A stretch of 64,000 nucleotides of DNA from an uncultured bacterium (GCA_965541585.1 CBEUCH010000010.1:61103-125102); one strand, 5' to 3'; counted from the first letter of the stretch, positions 42,945 through 53,642 are shown. Numbers and translations are program-made. The notes: generated from the sequence alone by a model not told the origin.

Positions 42945-43828
42945 CGGGACAGCTCCTCAATTTTCTTAAACATCTTCATGGCCGCCATGACACCGTCGCC
43001 GACCGAAATAGAGGTTTGTCTGAAAACACCGTTTTTCACATCTCCCGCGAAGTAAAGAAGTCCTTTATCCTCCAGTTCGCCGGCATTCTCCTTCAGCTTT
43101 CCGGATAGAAAATCAAGCTGCGGGTCCCGGCCTGTGGCGAATATGAGATAGTGGGCATTGAATTTCAGGATCCCTTCGGGGGACCTGCATTCTACGAGCA
43201 ATTCCCCGGATGAATCGCCGTCAATCATAGAAACCTCGGTTTGTTTGTAGTAGCTGATGGCGGGTGATTTTTCCGCCCTTTCACGGAGGAGAGGAAGGCA
43301 ACTCTCATTTTCGCCCCTGTTGAGAACAGTAATATCATTATGATGTCCCAGGTTTAAGGCATAGTCGAACGCGGCATCGCCGGCACCCACTATAATTATC
43401 CTTCTTCCTTTTTCTTCCAGTATGGGATGAATCTCGTAAAAAACTCTTCTTTTTGCATTTCCCGGTATCTCGATATTGGAAGACTCCCTGGCCCCGGTTC
43501 CCGATCCGACCAGAACCAGGCGGGAGTGAAACATTCTTTCAGGGGTCTCTATAAGAAACAGACCTTCGTGAAAGTCAAGGCTTATAACCTCCTCAAAGAT
43601 GACATCAACGGAATTTTGCAGTTGAGTGGCGAAAAGATCCGTGAGATTCTTGCCGGAAATGCCATCGGGAAAGCCGGGATAATTTTCCACCAGGTCGGCG
43701 TTTCTCAAGAGCCCTCCGATTTTATCTTTTTCCAGAATGACCGGATTTATCCCGTAGCGGTGAAGCTGTAAGGCGGCGGCTATCCCCGCGGGGCCGGCGC
43801 CGATGATAAGCACGTTTTCAACGTTCAT
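42941..43828 (-). CDS. TrxB-like FAD/NAD(P)-dependent oxidoreductase lacking the CxxC motif
   Basis: IIGAGPAG, ENYPGFP, IVGAGDAA, YFAGDV..RQ..SVGDG; no CxxC before the NADPH site. Confidence 0.88.
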   Translation of the reverse strand: MNVENVLIIGAGPAGIAAALQLHRYGINPVILEKDKIGGLLRNADLVENYPGFPDGISGKNLTDLFATQLQNSVDVIFEEVISLDFHEGLFLIETPERMFHSRLVLVGSGTGARESSNIEIPGNAKRRVFYEIHPILEEKGRRIIIVGAGDAAFDYALNLGHHNDITVLNRGENESCLPLLRERAEKSPAISYYKQTEVSMIDGDSSGELLVECRSPEGILKFNAHYLIFATGRDPQLDFLSGKLKENAGELEDKGLLYFAGDVKNGVFRQTSISVGDGVMAAMKMFKKIEELSR

Positions 43829-43971
43829 TTTGGTTTGTCACGGACGAAGATATTTCTTCTATGCGGATGGCCCGGTATGCGTGTTGGCTATAAAACTGGA
43901 GCATTGTCGATGCGCAAGCTCGGGTATCGTTCCATCCTTCAGGGACAACTCCTTTTGTCTCTTCGGATGTC

Positions 43972-44000
43972 AATATAGCATGCACGGTTGATAATAGCAA
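43972..44000 (-). promoter_or_regulatory. Sigma70-type promoter for the oxidoreductase/radical SAM/methyltransferase operon
   Basis: Minus strand TTGCTA-N17-TATATT with TGn extension. Confidence 0.5.
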
Positions 44001-44069
44001 CTATGGCAAGCCCGCTGCTCTTGTCAGATCTCTTGATCATATTGATCTTCGGAATGCGACCCATTTCAT

Positions 44070-44567
44070 TTAAAAAAGGATTTTGAAAAAGATAAGAAGG
44101 TGTATCGTAACCCCTATTGGAAAGAATATTTGGATAAACATTTTGGGAGCAGCGCTCAAATATAACGCTGTATTGACAAATAGAAAGCGGCTATTTAAGC
44201 AGCCTCTTTCGTATTTGGGCCTTAGCCTCATTAGAAACCACAAAGCTATCATTTGAAGCGAAAGGCTGGATAAAAGCATCAAAGACACCACGGGCGTACT
44301 AAATTCACTATGTGGTTCCACCAGGATAATTACTGCAAGAAAAATCGATGCCACGATAACAATAGAAGAGCCGAGGAATCTGAAAAAAACCACAGGCAAT
44401 TTCTCAAAAAACATAGTGCTCCCCTGCCATATATATGGGGCATGTTTCAACGATTCTAAGATTTCGGATTTTTTCGTTTCAGAATAGTAGACCATATTAA
44501 TGGCAGCGATAAGAAACAGCGGAAGAAACCAACCCATGATAATGAATGCGGGAAGATTATTCTGCAC
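44070..44567 (-). CDS. Hypothetical membrane protein (about 4 TM)
   Basis: 165-aa ORF with several hydrophobic stretches, AT-rich, SD AAGGA; family not recognised. Confidence 0.65.
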   Translation of the reverse strand: MQNNLPAFIIMGWFLPLFLIAAINMVYYSETKKSEILESLKHAPYIWQGSTMFFEKLPVVFFRFLGSSIVIVASIFLAVIILVEPHSEFSTPVVSLMLLSSLSLQMIALWFLMRLRPKYERGCLNSRFLFVNTALYLSAAPKMFIQIFFPIGVTIHLLIFFKILF

Positions 44568-44746
44568 TATCTAATTCCTTTTGCCAAGTTTCTTGCTCGT
44601 CGCGCTCGTTCGGACCCCTGCCTACTATTCTGTTAAAATATACCATCCCCCGGCATAATGGCAACCGTAATAGGAGGCAACGCCCCGCCTCATGGATTGC
44701 CCTTGACCCGGGGGCGGTCTGTAGCCTATTATTGCTCTTAGAGTTT

Positions 44747-44828
44747 GCGAAAGTGGCGGAACTGGCAGACGCGCTGGACTTAGGATCCAGTCCCGTGAGG
44801 GGTGGGGGTTCAAATCCCCCCTTTCGCA
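44747..44828 (+). tRNA. tRNA-Leu(TAG)
   Basis: GCGAAAG/CTTTCGC acceptor stem; CTGGA-CTTAGGA-TCCAG anticodon arm; long variable arm; GGTTCAAATCC; CCA not encoded. Confidence 0.96.
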
Positions 44829-44857
44829 TTGGAAAACGATAGACGCAAAGGAATAAG

Positions 44858-46186
44858 ATGGCCAAATCGAAGGAAGACATCAGGGATGACGAGCAAACCA
44901 CTGATACTGATAAAGAAGGTCCGAAAAACCTGAAAATCAATATCAGGAAAGGCCAGGCCTGGACCAGATTTCTGGAGATAGAGGTTCCGGCCGAGGACGT
45001 GACATCGAAGTTCCAATCCGTCTATGAGTCTTTCCGGAGCAAGGCGAAAATCTCCGGCTTCCGGCCCGGCAAGGCCCCCATGGGATTGGTAAAACAGAGA
45101 TACGCCGGCGAGATCAAGGCCGAGGTGCTGGATGATCTCCTCTCACAGTCCTTTCAGCAGGCCCTGATACAGGAAAAGCTCATCCCGCTGGGTACTCCCA
45201 GGGTTTCCGATGTGGAATTCGATACCGATAAGCCGTTGAAATTCAAAGCCGAGATCGAGATCCGCCCGGAGATCAAGCTGGGTAAGCATAAAGGTTTCAG
45301 AGTGGAAAAGAAGGTCGGCAAGGTCACGGAAAAGGATGTCGATGACTCGCTTCAGTATTTAAGAGACAGGATGGCCGAATTCCATCCGGTGCAGAGGCCG
45401 TCGGAGAATGGCGATCTCGTCATAGTCGATCTCATAAAGAAGCACGATAAATTGAACAGGCTCAAAGAGGACAGACTTGAGAACGTGGAGATATATCTCG
45501 GCGGGGATGGCGTTTTAGAGGAGTTCCAGCGCGGCCTGATGGGGGTACGGATCGGGGAGATGAAGGATATCTCGGTTAAGTATCCCGACGATTACTATGA
45601 CAAGAATCTGGCCGGCGATCAGATCCTCTTCATGGCGGTGGTCAAAGAAATCAAACGAAAAGTATTGCCGGAGCTCAACGATGATTTCGCCGACAGAGTC
45701 TCCAAAGCGAAGTCATTGGATGAATTGAGAGAATCATTAAAAAAGAACCTGGGAGCTCAGGCCCAGGATGACGCTACGAAAAGTATGAGATCGGAAATCG
45801 TCAAGCGGGTGGTGGAGGGTAACCTGTTCGATGTCCCGCAATCGCTTCTGAATAGGTACCTTGATTCGGTGGTCGAGGATTTCAAGAAGAAGGGCGAATC
45901 AGTCGATGAAAACACAGTGAGGGGTCGATACCGGCCCCTGGGTGAAAATTTTATCCGCTGGAACTACCTTTACCATGAGATAGCCCGGGCGGAGGGGCTG
46001 AAAGTAGGAACCGACGAACGCAAAAAATGGGTTGAAGGATTCGCGAAGACGTATAATATCAGCGAGGAAAAGGCCCGGGAGTATCTGGGAAAATCCGGGC
46101 GGGTTCAGGATATCGAGGAGTCGATACTCGAAGATAAAGTGATCGAGTTTATCATAAAAAATTCGGAAGTCATAACTGCAGGATAA
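44858..46186 (+). CDS. tig: Trigger factor
   Basis: GFRPGKAP ribosome-binding motif, FKBP-like middle domain; tig-clpP-clpX order. Confidence 0.95.
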   Translation: MAKSKEDIRDDEQTTDTDKEGPKNLKINIRKGQAWTRFLEIEVPAEDVTSKFQSVYESFRSKAKISGFRPGKAPMGLVKQRYAGEIKAEVLDDLLSQSFQQALIQEKLIPLGTPRVSDVEFDTDKPLKFKAEIEIRPEIKLGKHKGFRVEKKVGKVTEKDVDDSLQYLRDRMAEFHPVQRPSENGDLVIVDLIKKHDKLNRLKEDRLENVEIYLGGDGVLEEFQRGLMGVRIGEMKDISVKYPDDYYDKNLAGDQILFMAVVKEIKRKVLPELNDDFADRVSKAKSLDELRESLKKNLGAQAQDDATKSMRSEIVKRVVEGNLFDVPQSLLNRYLDSVVEDFKKKGESVDENTVRGRYRPLGENFIRWNYLYHEIARAEGLKVGTDERKKWVEGFAKTYNISEEKAREYLGKSGRVQDIEESILEDKVIEFIIKNSEVITAG

Positions 46187-46203
46187 CTAAAGAGGGGATT
46201 TAG

Positions 46204-46791
46204 ATGACATTAATACCAATCGTAGTAGAACAGACGGGGCGTGGAGAGCGGGCCTACGATATATATTCCCGTTTATTGAAGGATCGCATAGTGTTTCTGG
46301 GCACGATGATCGATGACGGCATCGCCAACTTGATAATAGCCCAGCTTCTCTTTCTGGAGGCCGAGGATCCGGAAAAGGATATATTTCTGTATGTCAATTC
46401 TCCGGGCGGATCGGTAACGGCGGGCCTGGCCGTATATGATACCATGCAATTCATCAAAGCCGATGTCAGTACCATATGCGTCGGCCTGGCGGCGTCGATG
46501 GCGGCCGTCCTTCTATCGGCCGGCGCCAAGGGAAAGAGAGCGGCATTGAAGAATTCCAAGATCATGATCCACCAGCCGTGGGGCGGCTACCAGGGGTCGG
46601 CCTCCGATATCGAAATTCACGCTCGGGAGATAGCAAAGACTAAAGAACAGATCAACGGCATCGTGGCCAAGCATACCGGTCAGCCTCTCAAAAAGGTAAC
46701 GACCGACACCGACCGCGATTTCTTCATGTCGGCGGAGGATGCCAAGGAGTATGGGCTGGTCGACGAGGTTTACGAGCGGAAACCGAAGTAA
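46204..46791 (+). CDS. clpP: Clp protease proteolytic subunit
   Basis: [27 protein letters not shown]. Confidence 0.98.
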   Translation: MTLIPIVVEQTGRGERAYDIYSRLLKDRIVFLGTMIDDGIANLIIAQLLFLEAEDPEKDIFLYVNSPGGSVTAGLAVYDTMQFIKADVSTICVGLAASMAAVLLSAGAKGKRAALKNSKIMIHQPWGGYQGSASDIEIHAREIAKTKEQINGIVAKHTGQPLKKVTTDTDRDFFMSAEDAKEYGLVDEVYERKPK

Positions 46792-46806
46792 TCATAATCG
46801 CAATTC

Positions 46807-48066
46807 ATGTCCGCAACCAGCAATAAAAGCAAAAAGCCCGGTAAGGCCGATCATTGCGATTTCTGCGGAAGGCCTGCAGGGCACTCGCGGCGGCTGTTTG
46901 GCGGCGAGGGCGCGGTTATCTGCGAAGATTGCGTCGACGTTTGTTATCAGACTCTGACTCTGGAGCGAGAGCCCGGATTCAAAATCGACTTTAAGCTGCC
47001 GCGACCGAACGAGATAAAGAACTTCCTCGATCAGTATGTCATCGGGCAGGAGCGGGCCAAGAAGGTTATCGCCGTCGCTGTTTACAATCATTATAAAAGA
47101 ATAATGAATCAATCATCGAAGGCCGGCGATGATGTGGAGCTGGAGAAATCTAATATCCTTCTGATCGGGCAGACCGGCACCGGCAAAACACTTCTGGCCC
47201 AGACGCTGGCCAAGATGCTGCATGTACCGTTTACCATAGCCGATGCTACGGTCCTGACGGAAGCGGGCTATGTCGGTGAGGATGTCGATAACATACTGGT
47301 TCGGCTTCTGCAGGCGGCTGACTACAACGTAGAGGCATGCCAGAGAGGGATCATATATATTGACGAGTTGGATAAGATAGCCCGAAAATCGGCGAACCCG
47401 TCCATCACCCGGGATGTTTCAGGCGAGGGTGTACAGCAGGGGCTTTTGAAGATACTCGAGGGCACTATAGCTGCGGTTCCTCCCAAGGGAGGGCGCAAGC
47501 ATCCGGAGCAGCCGCTTGTTCAGATAAATACCAGGGATATCCTGTTTATATGCGGCGGCGCTTTCGACGGCCTGGAAAAAATAGTCGCCCGTCGTACCGG
47601 ACGAAAGATAGTGGGCTTCAAAACCGATAGCAGAGCGGTCGAAGGAAAAGTAAGCAAGTTGCTGGAGCAGGTCGAAGACGAGGATCTCCTGGGCTACGGC
47701 CTGATACCGGAGATTATCGGCCGGCTGCCGGTGGTCTCTTCGCTCGTGGAACTTGATGAAAAGGCTCTTATTAGAATATTGCAGGAGCCGAAGAATGCTC
47801 TGGTAAAGCAATATGAAAAGTATTTTGAGCTTGAAGGCGTGCGATTAGAATTTGAGAAAAACGCATTGAACGCTATTGCCAAAGCCGCCATGAAAAGAGG
47901 AACCGGGGCCCGGGCCCTGAGATCCATAATGGAATCGGCCCTGACCGACATAATGTATGATGTCCCCTCACAAAAAAATCTCCGGAAGTGCATCATCACC
48001 AAGAACGTAATCGAGAAAAAAGCCTCCCCCGAGCTAATCTACAAAACCAGAAAAAAGACGGCATAG
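46807..48066 (+). CDS. clpX: Clp protease ATP-binding subunit ClpX
   Basis: CDFCG..CEDC zinc domain, [30 protein letters not shown]. Confidence 0.98.
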   Translation: MSATSNKSKKPGKADHCDFCGRPAGHSRRLFGGEGAVICEDCVDVCYQTLTLEREPGFKIDFKLPRPNEIKNFLDQYVIGQERAKKVIAVAVYNHYKRIMNQSSKAGDDVELEKSNILLIGQTGTGKTLLAQTLAKMLHVPFTIADATVLTEAGYVGEDVDNILVRLLQAADYNVEACQRGIIYIDELDKIARKSANPSITRDVSGEGVQQGLLKILEGTIAAVPPKGGRKHPEQPLVQINTRDILFICGGAFDGLEKIVARRTGRKIVGFKTDSRAVEGKVSKLLEQVEDEDLLGYGLIPEIIGRLPVVSSLVELDEKALIRILQEPKNALVKQYEKYFELEGVRLEFEKNALNAIAKAAMKRGTGARALRSIMESALTDIMYDVPSQKNLRKCIITKNVIEKKASPELIYKTRKKTA

Positions 48067-48265
48067 GCGGCGGTCATAATTCGCTCGTAAGAAACCTTTA
48101 TTTGTAGATAATGAAATATAGATTCTGTTGATGTGTGGTGAGTTACGTTCATGCGTAGGTCAACCGGGTCAATCTCCGGGAAAAAGCTGAGGATTTCGGA
48201 TTCTGGAGAGCAGGCAGACCTTGATCTGGCAGGAATTCTATCCTATAATGGCCCGGGAATAGTGG

Positions 48266-48880
48266 ATGAGATTAACAAGTGCAAGGTTTGTCGGGTCCTA
48301 CCCGGATTATAAGCAGGCGCCCCGCCTCGGTCTGCCGGAGATCGCTATTGGCGGCAGATCGAATGTCGGTAAATCGTCTTTAATAAACAGCCTCGTCAAG
48401 CGTAAAAAGCTGGCGCAGATATCCAAAACTCCGGGAAAAACACGGCTTCTGATTTTTTTTGCCCTGAGCGGTCAAAACGGAAAAGAGGGGTTGTTCCTGG
48501 TGGATCTGCCAGGCTACGGCTATGCCAGGGTACCGGAGTCGATGCGGCAAAGCTGGCGGAAACTCGTGGAGGGGTATATAGAAGCATCGCATTATCTGAG
48601 AGGATTCATACTCTTAATTGATTCCCGCAGGGGAGTCGAGAACGAGGAATTGCAGCTTGTGGAGTATCTATTATCGCTCGATAAAAAAATCTGTCCGGTA
48701 TTAACCAAATCGGATAAGCTAACGAGGAGTCAGGGTAGCGAAGTGGTGAAAAAGACGGTGGAAATCCTCGGGCGATTCGGCGAAAATGTCCATTACCCTA
48801 TCCTGCATTCTTCGAAAAACGGGAGAGGTAACGAGCCAATCTGGCGCTGGATGAGCGAAAGGATTAATGATGAAAGCTGA
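48266..48880 (+). CDS. engB: Ribosome biogenesis GTPase EngB/YihA
   Basis: GRSNVGKSS, SKTPGKT, DLPGYGYA, TKSDK. Confidence 0.96.
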   Translation: MRLTSARFVGSYPDYKQAPRLGLPEIAIGGRSNVGKSSLINSLVKRKKLAQISKTPGKTRLLIFFALSGQNGKEGLFLVDLPGYGYARVPESMRQSWRKLVEGYIEASHYLRGFILLIDSRRGVENEELQLVEYLLSLDKKICPVLTKSDKLTRSQGSEVVKKTVEILGRFGENVHYPILHSSKNGRGNEPIWRWMSERINDES

Positions 48881-50156
48881 TAGCATCGCCATTCTGGGAT
48901 TACAATGGGGCGATGAAGGCAAAGGGAAGGTAATCGATTTTCTATCCGAAAATTGTCATGCCGTGGCGCGCTTTGGGGGGGGAGCCAATGCCGGCCATAC
49001 TATTGTAGTCAACGGCGAAAGATTCATCCTCAAGCTTTTGCCATCGGGTGTCCTGCACCGGGATAAATTGTGCTTTATCGGTTCCGGCGTGGCATGTGAT
49101 CCCGAGGTGCTGGAGACCGAGATTTCGGAACTGGAGAATCGAGGCATTTCTACAGGTGGGAGAATCTTTATCGATTACGGAGCGCATCTGGTCCTGCCCC
49201 TGCATAAGGTTTCCGATGGGCTTCTCGATGCCAGCCGTGGCAAGGACGCTCTCGATACCACCAAAAAGGGAATCGGTCCGGCTTACGCCGATAGAGCTTC
49301 TCGCATAGGCATAAGAGTGGTTGATATATTCGATAGCAAGGCCCTGGCCCTAAAACTCGATACCCTCGTCAGGGCCCACAAGAGTTTCCTGGCCGAAAAT
49401 CATAACGAAACTTTAATAAGCCAAAGCAGTCTGGCGCAGAGTCTTTCCCATTATGAGGTTTTATTCAAACCATTGATGACGGATGTCGGCCCGAAAATTA
49501 TGGATCTGATCAAGAGCGGAAAGAGAGTTTTGTTTGAAGGGGCGCAGGGGGCCCTTCTGGATATCGATTTCGGAAGCTATCCGTATGTCACATCGACCCA
49601 TACAACGACTGGTGGAATTTTCTCCGGCTTGGGAATTCCGCCGCAATATCTGGGTTCCACAATCGGCGTTTTTAAAGCTTACATGACGCGTGTGGGTCAT
49701 GGTCCGTTTCCAGCTGAGATCACCGGCGATTTTGCATCGGAATTACGCGAGAAAGGTGGAGAATATGGATCGGTTACGGGCCGACCAAGACGTGTAGGCT
49801 GGCTCGACCTGGTTATGCTTTCCAGGATGATAAATACCAACGGCATAGATAAACTGGCAATCACCAAACTCGATGTTCTCGATGGATTAGACGAAATATA
49901 TGTTTGCGAATCCTATGAAATAGACGGTCGAGGAGTAAGCGCTGTTCCGGCCAATCATCCGGATTTCCATAATGCCAGGCCGGTTTACACAAAGTTGAAG
50001 GGCTGGGATAAGCCCACCGCCGGAATAAGAAAACTTGATAAACTGCCGAAGGAGGCGCGGGATTATCTTGATTACATCACTGAAAAAATCGGTATACCGA
50101 TATGGTTGATCTCAACCGGAAGTTCTCGAGACGATACGATCTTCGTGGACTTTTGA
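48867..50156 (+). CDS. purA: Adenylosuccinate synthase
   Basis: QWGDEGKGK, GGANAGHT, EGAQG, TGRPRRVGWLD. Confidence 0.98.
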   Translation: MMKADSIAILGLQWGDEGKGKVIDFLSENCHAVARFGGGANAGHTIVVNGERFILKLLPSGVLHRDKLCFIGSGVACDPEVLETEISELENRGISTGGRIFIDYGAHLVLPLHKVSDGLLDASRGKDALDTTKKGIGPAYADRASRIGIRVVDIFDSKALALKLDTLVRAHKSFLAENHNETLISQSSLAQSLSHYEVLFKPLMTDVGPKIMDLIKSGKRVLFEGAQGALLDIDFGSYPYVTSTHTTTGGIFSGLGIPPQYLGSTIGVFKAYMTRVGHGPFPAEITGDFASELREKGGEYGSVTGRPRRVGWLDLVMLSRMINTNGIDKLAITKLDVLDGLDEIYVCESYEIDGRGVSAVPANHPDFHNARPVYTKLKGWDKPTAGIRKLDKLPKEARDYLDYITEKIGIPIWLISTGSSRDDTIFVDF

Positions 50157-50250
50157 GAGAGCATGGTTCTATAACTTTTAATCAAGAGTTGACATATGAT
50201 CTGTGTTCCGGCCGTTATAATACCAGCACTATCTATTTGACGTTCGAATA

Positions 50251-51585
50251 ATGGGAAGGAAACGTCCTCTGATGGCACGGATGATTTTTGTATTGCTTTT
50301 GTCTTTCATGATGAGGTTTTCATATGCCCAGGAAAGTCCTGTAAGCCTGGATTTCGAACAGGCTTTGGAAATTATATTCTCTAACGATCCCGGCCTGGAG
50401 GCGAGAAACGACGCTGTCAACGCTGAAAGATTCAGGGTTAAACAAGCTATTTCGACATTTTATCCGAAACTAAATGCCTATTCAAGCTATACGCGGACTT
50501 CTCTTGAAAGCGATATTGAGATATTTAATCCGGCAACCATGTCATCGGAGAGAATCGACTTTTTCCCCAAGGACCAATACAATTTTGGAGTCCTGGTTAC
50601 CCATGAGATTTACACCTTCGGCAGGCGCATGGCACTGAAAAGAGGGATGGAGAAGGGGGTCGAACTCTCGGAAATGGAAAGGGAGGAATATAAGCGGTCC
50701 ATGTATGACAGGACGGCTCGTGCTTTTGTGGCAACATTACTTTCGAAAGATAAACTGAATATCGAGGGCGAAAATATCAAACGGGCTCAAGAAAAACTAA
50801 GGATCGTTCTTAAAAGAATCAATGAAGGCCTGGCATCCGAATACGATCGCATTAAGGCCGAGCTTCTCCTGGCCCAATACAGACACAATCACAATCTCGC
50901 CCGCGGGGAATACCGCAAAGCCAGGGCAAACTTAAAAGCCCTCATCGGATGGGATCGCAGGCACGATTTCACGCCTGTGGGCAGCCTTCCGGGATTCAAT
51001 ATCGCTATTCCTGAGTCGCTCCATCTTGAGCCGGAGAGCCGCATAGAGATCAGAAAGCTGAGACTTCAATCTGAAGCTTTAAAGGAAAAAATCGTCGTCA
51101 ATCGCAGCGAATATCTTCCGGGTCTCGGATTCATGGCCAAATATGACTGGCAAAATGGATACCAGCCTGACATCGACGAAATCAAAGGTGCCTGGAGCAT
51201 AGGCGTGTCTCTAAACTGGCGCCTGATAGACGGCGGAGATCGCAAAAGCAGGATTTCTCAAGCCCGGTTAGATGTCAGAAGGGTCGACAATCTGAAGGCA
51301 GATATGAAATCGTATATAGGATCGGAGGTGGAAACGGCTGTGGCAGATCTGGAAACAGCAACCGAGGAGATATCCTTTGCGAGAAAAAAGCTCAGGCTTG
51401 CCAACGAGGGGCTTAAGATAACCGAGGCGCAGTATCAGCAGGGTCTTTTGGGGATTTCTGATTTGCTGGATCTCGAGCTTGACCGTTCCCGGGCCGAGCA
51501 GGACTTAAATCATGCCGCTTATAAGCTTGCCATGGCCAGGATAGATCTGAAAAAGGCTGTCGGTTACTACCCGGAACTGAGGTGA
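50251..51585 (+). CDS. TolC-family outer membrane efflux protein
   Basis: Signal peptide, two OEP-like repeats (YP.L..., W.LIDGG, Y.QG), helical coiled-coils. Confidence 0.88.
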   Translation: MGRKRPLMARMIFVLLLSFMMRFSYAQESPVSLDFEQALEIIFSNDPGLEARNDAVNAERFRVKQAISTFYPKLNAYSSYTRTSLESDIEIFNPATMSSERIDFFPKDQYNFGVLVTHEIYTFGRRMALKRGMEKGVELSEMEREEYKRSMYDRTARAFVATLLSKDKLNIEGENIKRAQEKLRIVLKRINEGLASEYDRIKAELLLAQYRHNHNLARGEYRKARANLKALIGWDRRHDFTPVGSLPGFNIAIPESLHLEPESRIEIRKLRLQSEALKEKIVVNRSEYLPGLGFMAKYDWQNGYQPDIDEIKGAWSIGVSLNWRLIDGGDRKSRISQARLDVRRVDNLKADMKSYIGSEVETAVADLETATEEISFARKKLRLANEGLKITEAQYQQGLLGISDLLDLELDRSRAEQDLNHAAYKLAMARIDLKKAVGYYPELR

Positions 51586-51746
51586 TATTCTTATAATCGT
51601 GCCAATCGGGGCTCAATATTGAGAGATGATCCTGATTAATAATGATCGGATCTTGCCCGACAATATTAGAAGAAAAAGATCTTGCCAGCGAGCCGGGGGA
51701 GGCATATAATTCAGCCTGTTTGGAATGAAGATTTTGATGAGATAAT

Positions 51747-52082
51747 ATGGGAATAATAATTGCATTGGACGAATCGAGCTTCAACGAGAAGGTTTTTTCT
51801 GCACCGCATGCCGTGCTGGTTGATTTCTGGGCTGACTGGTGTGGGCCCTGCAAGGCCATAGCTCCGATACTGGAGGAGCTGGCATCTGAATATGATGGGA
51901 AACTTATCATTGGCAAGGTCAATGTGGACAAACATCCGCGGGTTGCGGCCGGTCTCGGAGTTCGCAGCATACCGACAATGGTGGTCTTTTGCAGGGGCGA
52001 AGAAAGGGAAAGGCTGGTCGGGTCACACTCAAAGACACGGATAATGAAGGCGATCGAGTCGGTTCTGGCGCAGACAAACTGA
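51747..52082 (+). CDS. trxA: Thioredoxin
   Basis: VDFWADWCGPCK, KVNVD, SIPT. Confidence 0.96.
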   Translation: MGIIIALDESSFNEKVFSAPHAVLVDFWADWCGPCKAIAPILEELASEYDGKLIIGKVNVDKHPRVAAGLGVRSIPTMVVFCRGEERERLVGSHSKTRIMKAIESVLAQTN

Positions 52083-52098
52083 ATATAAAGGAGGGAAT

Positions 52099-53592
52099 TT
52101 GAAGACCAGAGGGATTATAACAGGTATTGTCATAATATCAATGGTGGCTTCTGCAGGGGCGGTCGAGTGGAATGGGAAATTCGGGATCGGGCTGCGAGGA
52201 CCTGTTCTCGCCCCTTTATTCAAAGGAGAGGAATACAGTAATTTTGGAGGCAGATACGAGCAATTCATGATGGGCTGGAACGTAGCTCTTGACGTCAAAT
52301 ATGGAGTCACCAGAAGCCTGGTGTTGAATCTCTCCGGTGGATATTCCTCGACTTACGATAATACTACGGCCGATGCACATCAATCTTTTAAGTTGAATAA
52401 ATCCGATGATGCCTCCGTTCAGATGACCGGTATCCGGCTGGGTCTTGAGGGACAGTATTATTTCCTCCCTCAAGGGAATATCCAACCCTATCTTCTGATG
52501 GGAATCGGCACCGACCTCTGGAGACTGGAGAGGCTGGCTGGCGGCAGAACATATAATTTCTCGGATCTTGGAGGCAGAGTTGGTGCGGGAATCAACTTCT
52601 GGATCGGCGAGAGCTTCGCTCTGGATCTTCAGGGTAAATTAACCTATGATCTGGCGAGTATATCCGCGGACGATCAAACAGGATTCTATGGTCAGGTCGA
52701 TTGGAGCGATTATAAAACCAGGCCGTTCGGAGGCTATCTGGAACCGTCTGTGGGCTTCACCTATTTCTTCGGAGGAGCCAGAGACACCGATCAGGATGGC
52801 ATTAAGGATAAATTCGACCAATGCCCGGATACGCCGGTTGGCGCTCTGGTGGATCAGTACGGTTGCCCTCTGGATAGCGACGGCGATGGCGTGTACGACG
52901 GTTTGGATGCTTGCGTGGAAACTCCCACGGGTGCGGTTGTCGATATAACGGGCTGTCCGCTGGATACGGATGAAGACGGCATATTTGACGGCCTTGACAA
53001 ATGCCCCAATACGCCCCTGGAAGTTGCAGTTGATGTGCGAGGGTGCCCGCTGGATACTGACGGCGACGGCGTCCCCGATTTCAAAGATAAAGAGGCTGAC
53101 ACGCCTGCCGGCGCCGTGGTTGACGCCGATGGTGTAGCGCTGGATGCTGACGGCGACGGCGTCCCCGATGGAATCGATAAATGTCCGGATACTCCGGTCG
53201 CGGTTCTGGTGGATGAACTCGGTTGCCCGCTAGCAAAGCCCCTGACCGAAAAAATCGTGCTGAATATCAAATACGCTCCGGGGTCGTTCCAGCCCGATAA
53301 AGAAGCACGGGTGGTACTGGACGAGATCGTGGAAACGATGAGAGCCTATCCAAATCTCACCATAGAGGTCAACGGCTATACGGATGCGTTGGGGTCCGCT
53401 ACCGGCAACCTGAAACTCTCCCAGAAAAGGGCTGATACCGTCATGGGATATCTCCGCGATCAAGGCGTGGCTGGCGAGAGGATGGTCTCCCAGGGTTTTG
53501 GGGAAGACGCGAAATTCTTCGTCGGCGATAACAGCACCGAGGAGGGGCGGCAGAAAAACAGAAGGGTGGAGATTGTTCCGGTTCAGCAATGA
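52099..53592 (+). CDS. OmpA-family protein: N-terminal beta-barrel, thrombospondin type-3-like Ca-binding repeats, OmpA C-terminal domain
   Basis: Signal peptide; five 29-aa DxDGDGVxDxxDxCPxTP-like repeats; GYTD..G...NLKLSQKRA; NRRVEI. Confidence 0.93.
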   Translation: MKTRGIITGIVIISMVASAGAVEWNGKFGIGLRGPVLAPLFKGEEYSNFGGRYEQFMMGWNVALDVKYGVTRSLVLNLSGGYSSTYDNTTADAHQSFKLNKSDDASVQMTGIRLGLEGQYYFLPQGNIQPYLLMGIGTDLWRLERLAGGRTYNFSDLGGRVGAGINFWIGESFALDLQGKLTYDLASISADDQTGFYGQVDWSDYKTRPFGGYLEPSVGFTYFFGGARDTDQDGIKDKFDQCPDTPVGALVDQYGCPLDSDGDGVYDGLDACVETPTGAVVDITGCPLDTDEDGIFDGLDKCPNTPLEVAVDVRGCPLDTDGDGVPDFKDKEADTPAGAVVDADGVALDADGDGVPDGIDKCPDTPVAVLVDELGCPLAKPLTEKIVLNIKYAPGSFQPDKEARVVLDEIVETMRAYPNLTIEVNGYTDALGSATGNLKLSQKRADTVMGYLRDQGVAGERMVSQGFGEDAKFFVGDNSTEEGRQKNRRVEIVPVQQ

Positions 53593-53615
53593 ACTTTGAA
53601 TGTATCTCGATGTTT

Positions 53616-53642
53616 AAGGCGAGGTTTTCCTCGCCTTTTTTT
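53616..53642 (+). terminator. Rho-independent terminator after the OmpA gene
   Basis: AAGGCGAGG-TTTT-CCTCGCCTT followed by a T run. Confidence 0.82.

Noticed and set aside
43818..44000. 60-aa ORF as a RiPP precursor for the adjacent radical SAM enzyme
   Set aside because: Its TTG start coincides with a predicted -35 box and has no SD; the enzyme is RlmN-like with no SPASM or RRE domain
50251..51585. TolC without adjacent membrane-fusion or RND/ABC partner
   Set aside because: Stand-alone TolC genes are common
52780..53230. 87-bp periodic DNA repeats inside the OmpA gene
   Set aside because: Fully explained by the coding thrombospondin type-3-like repeats
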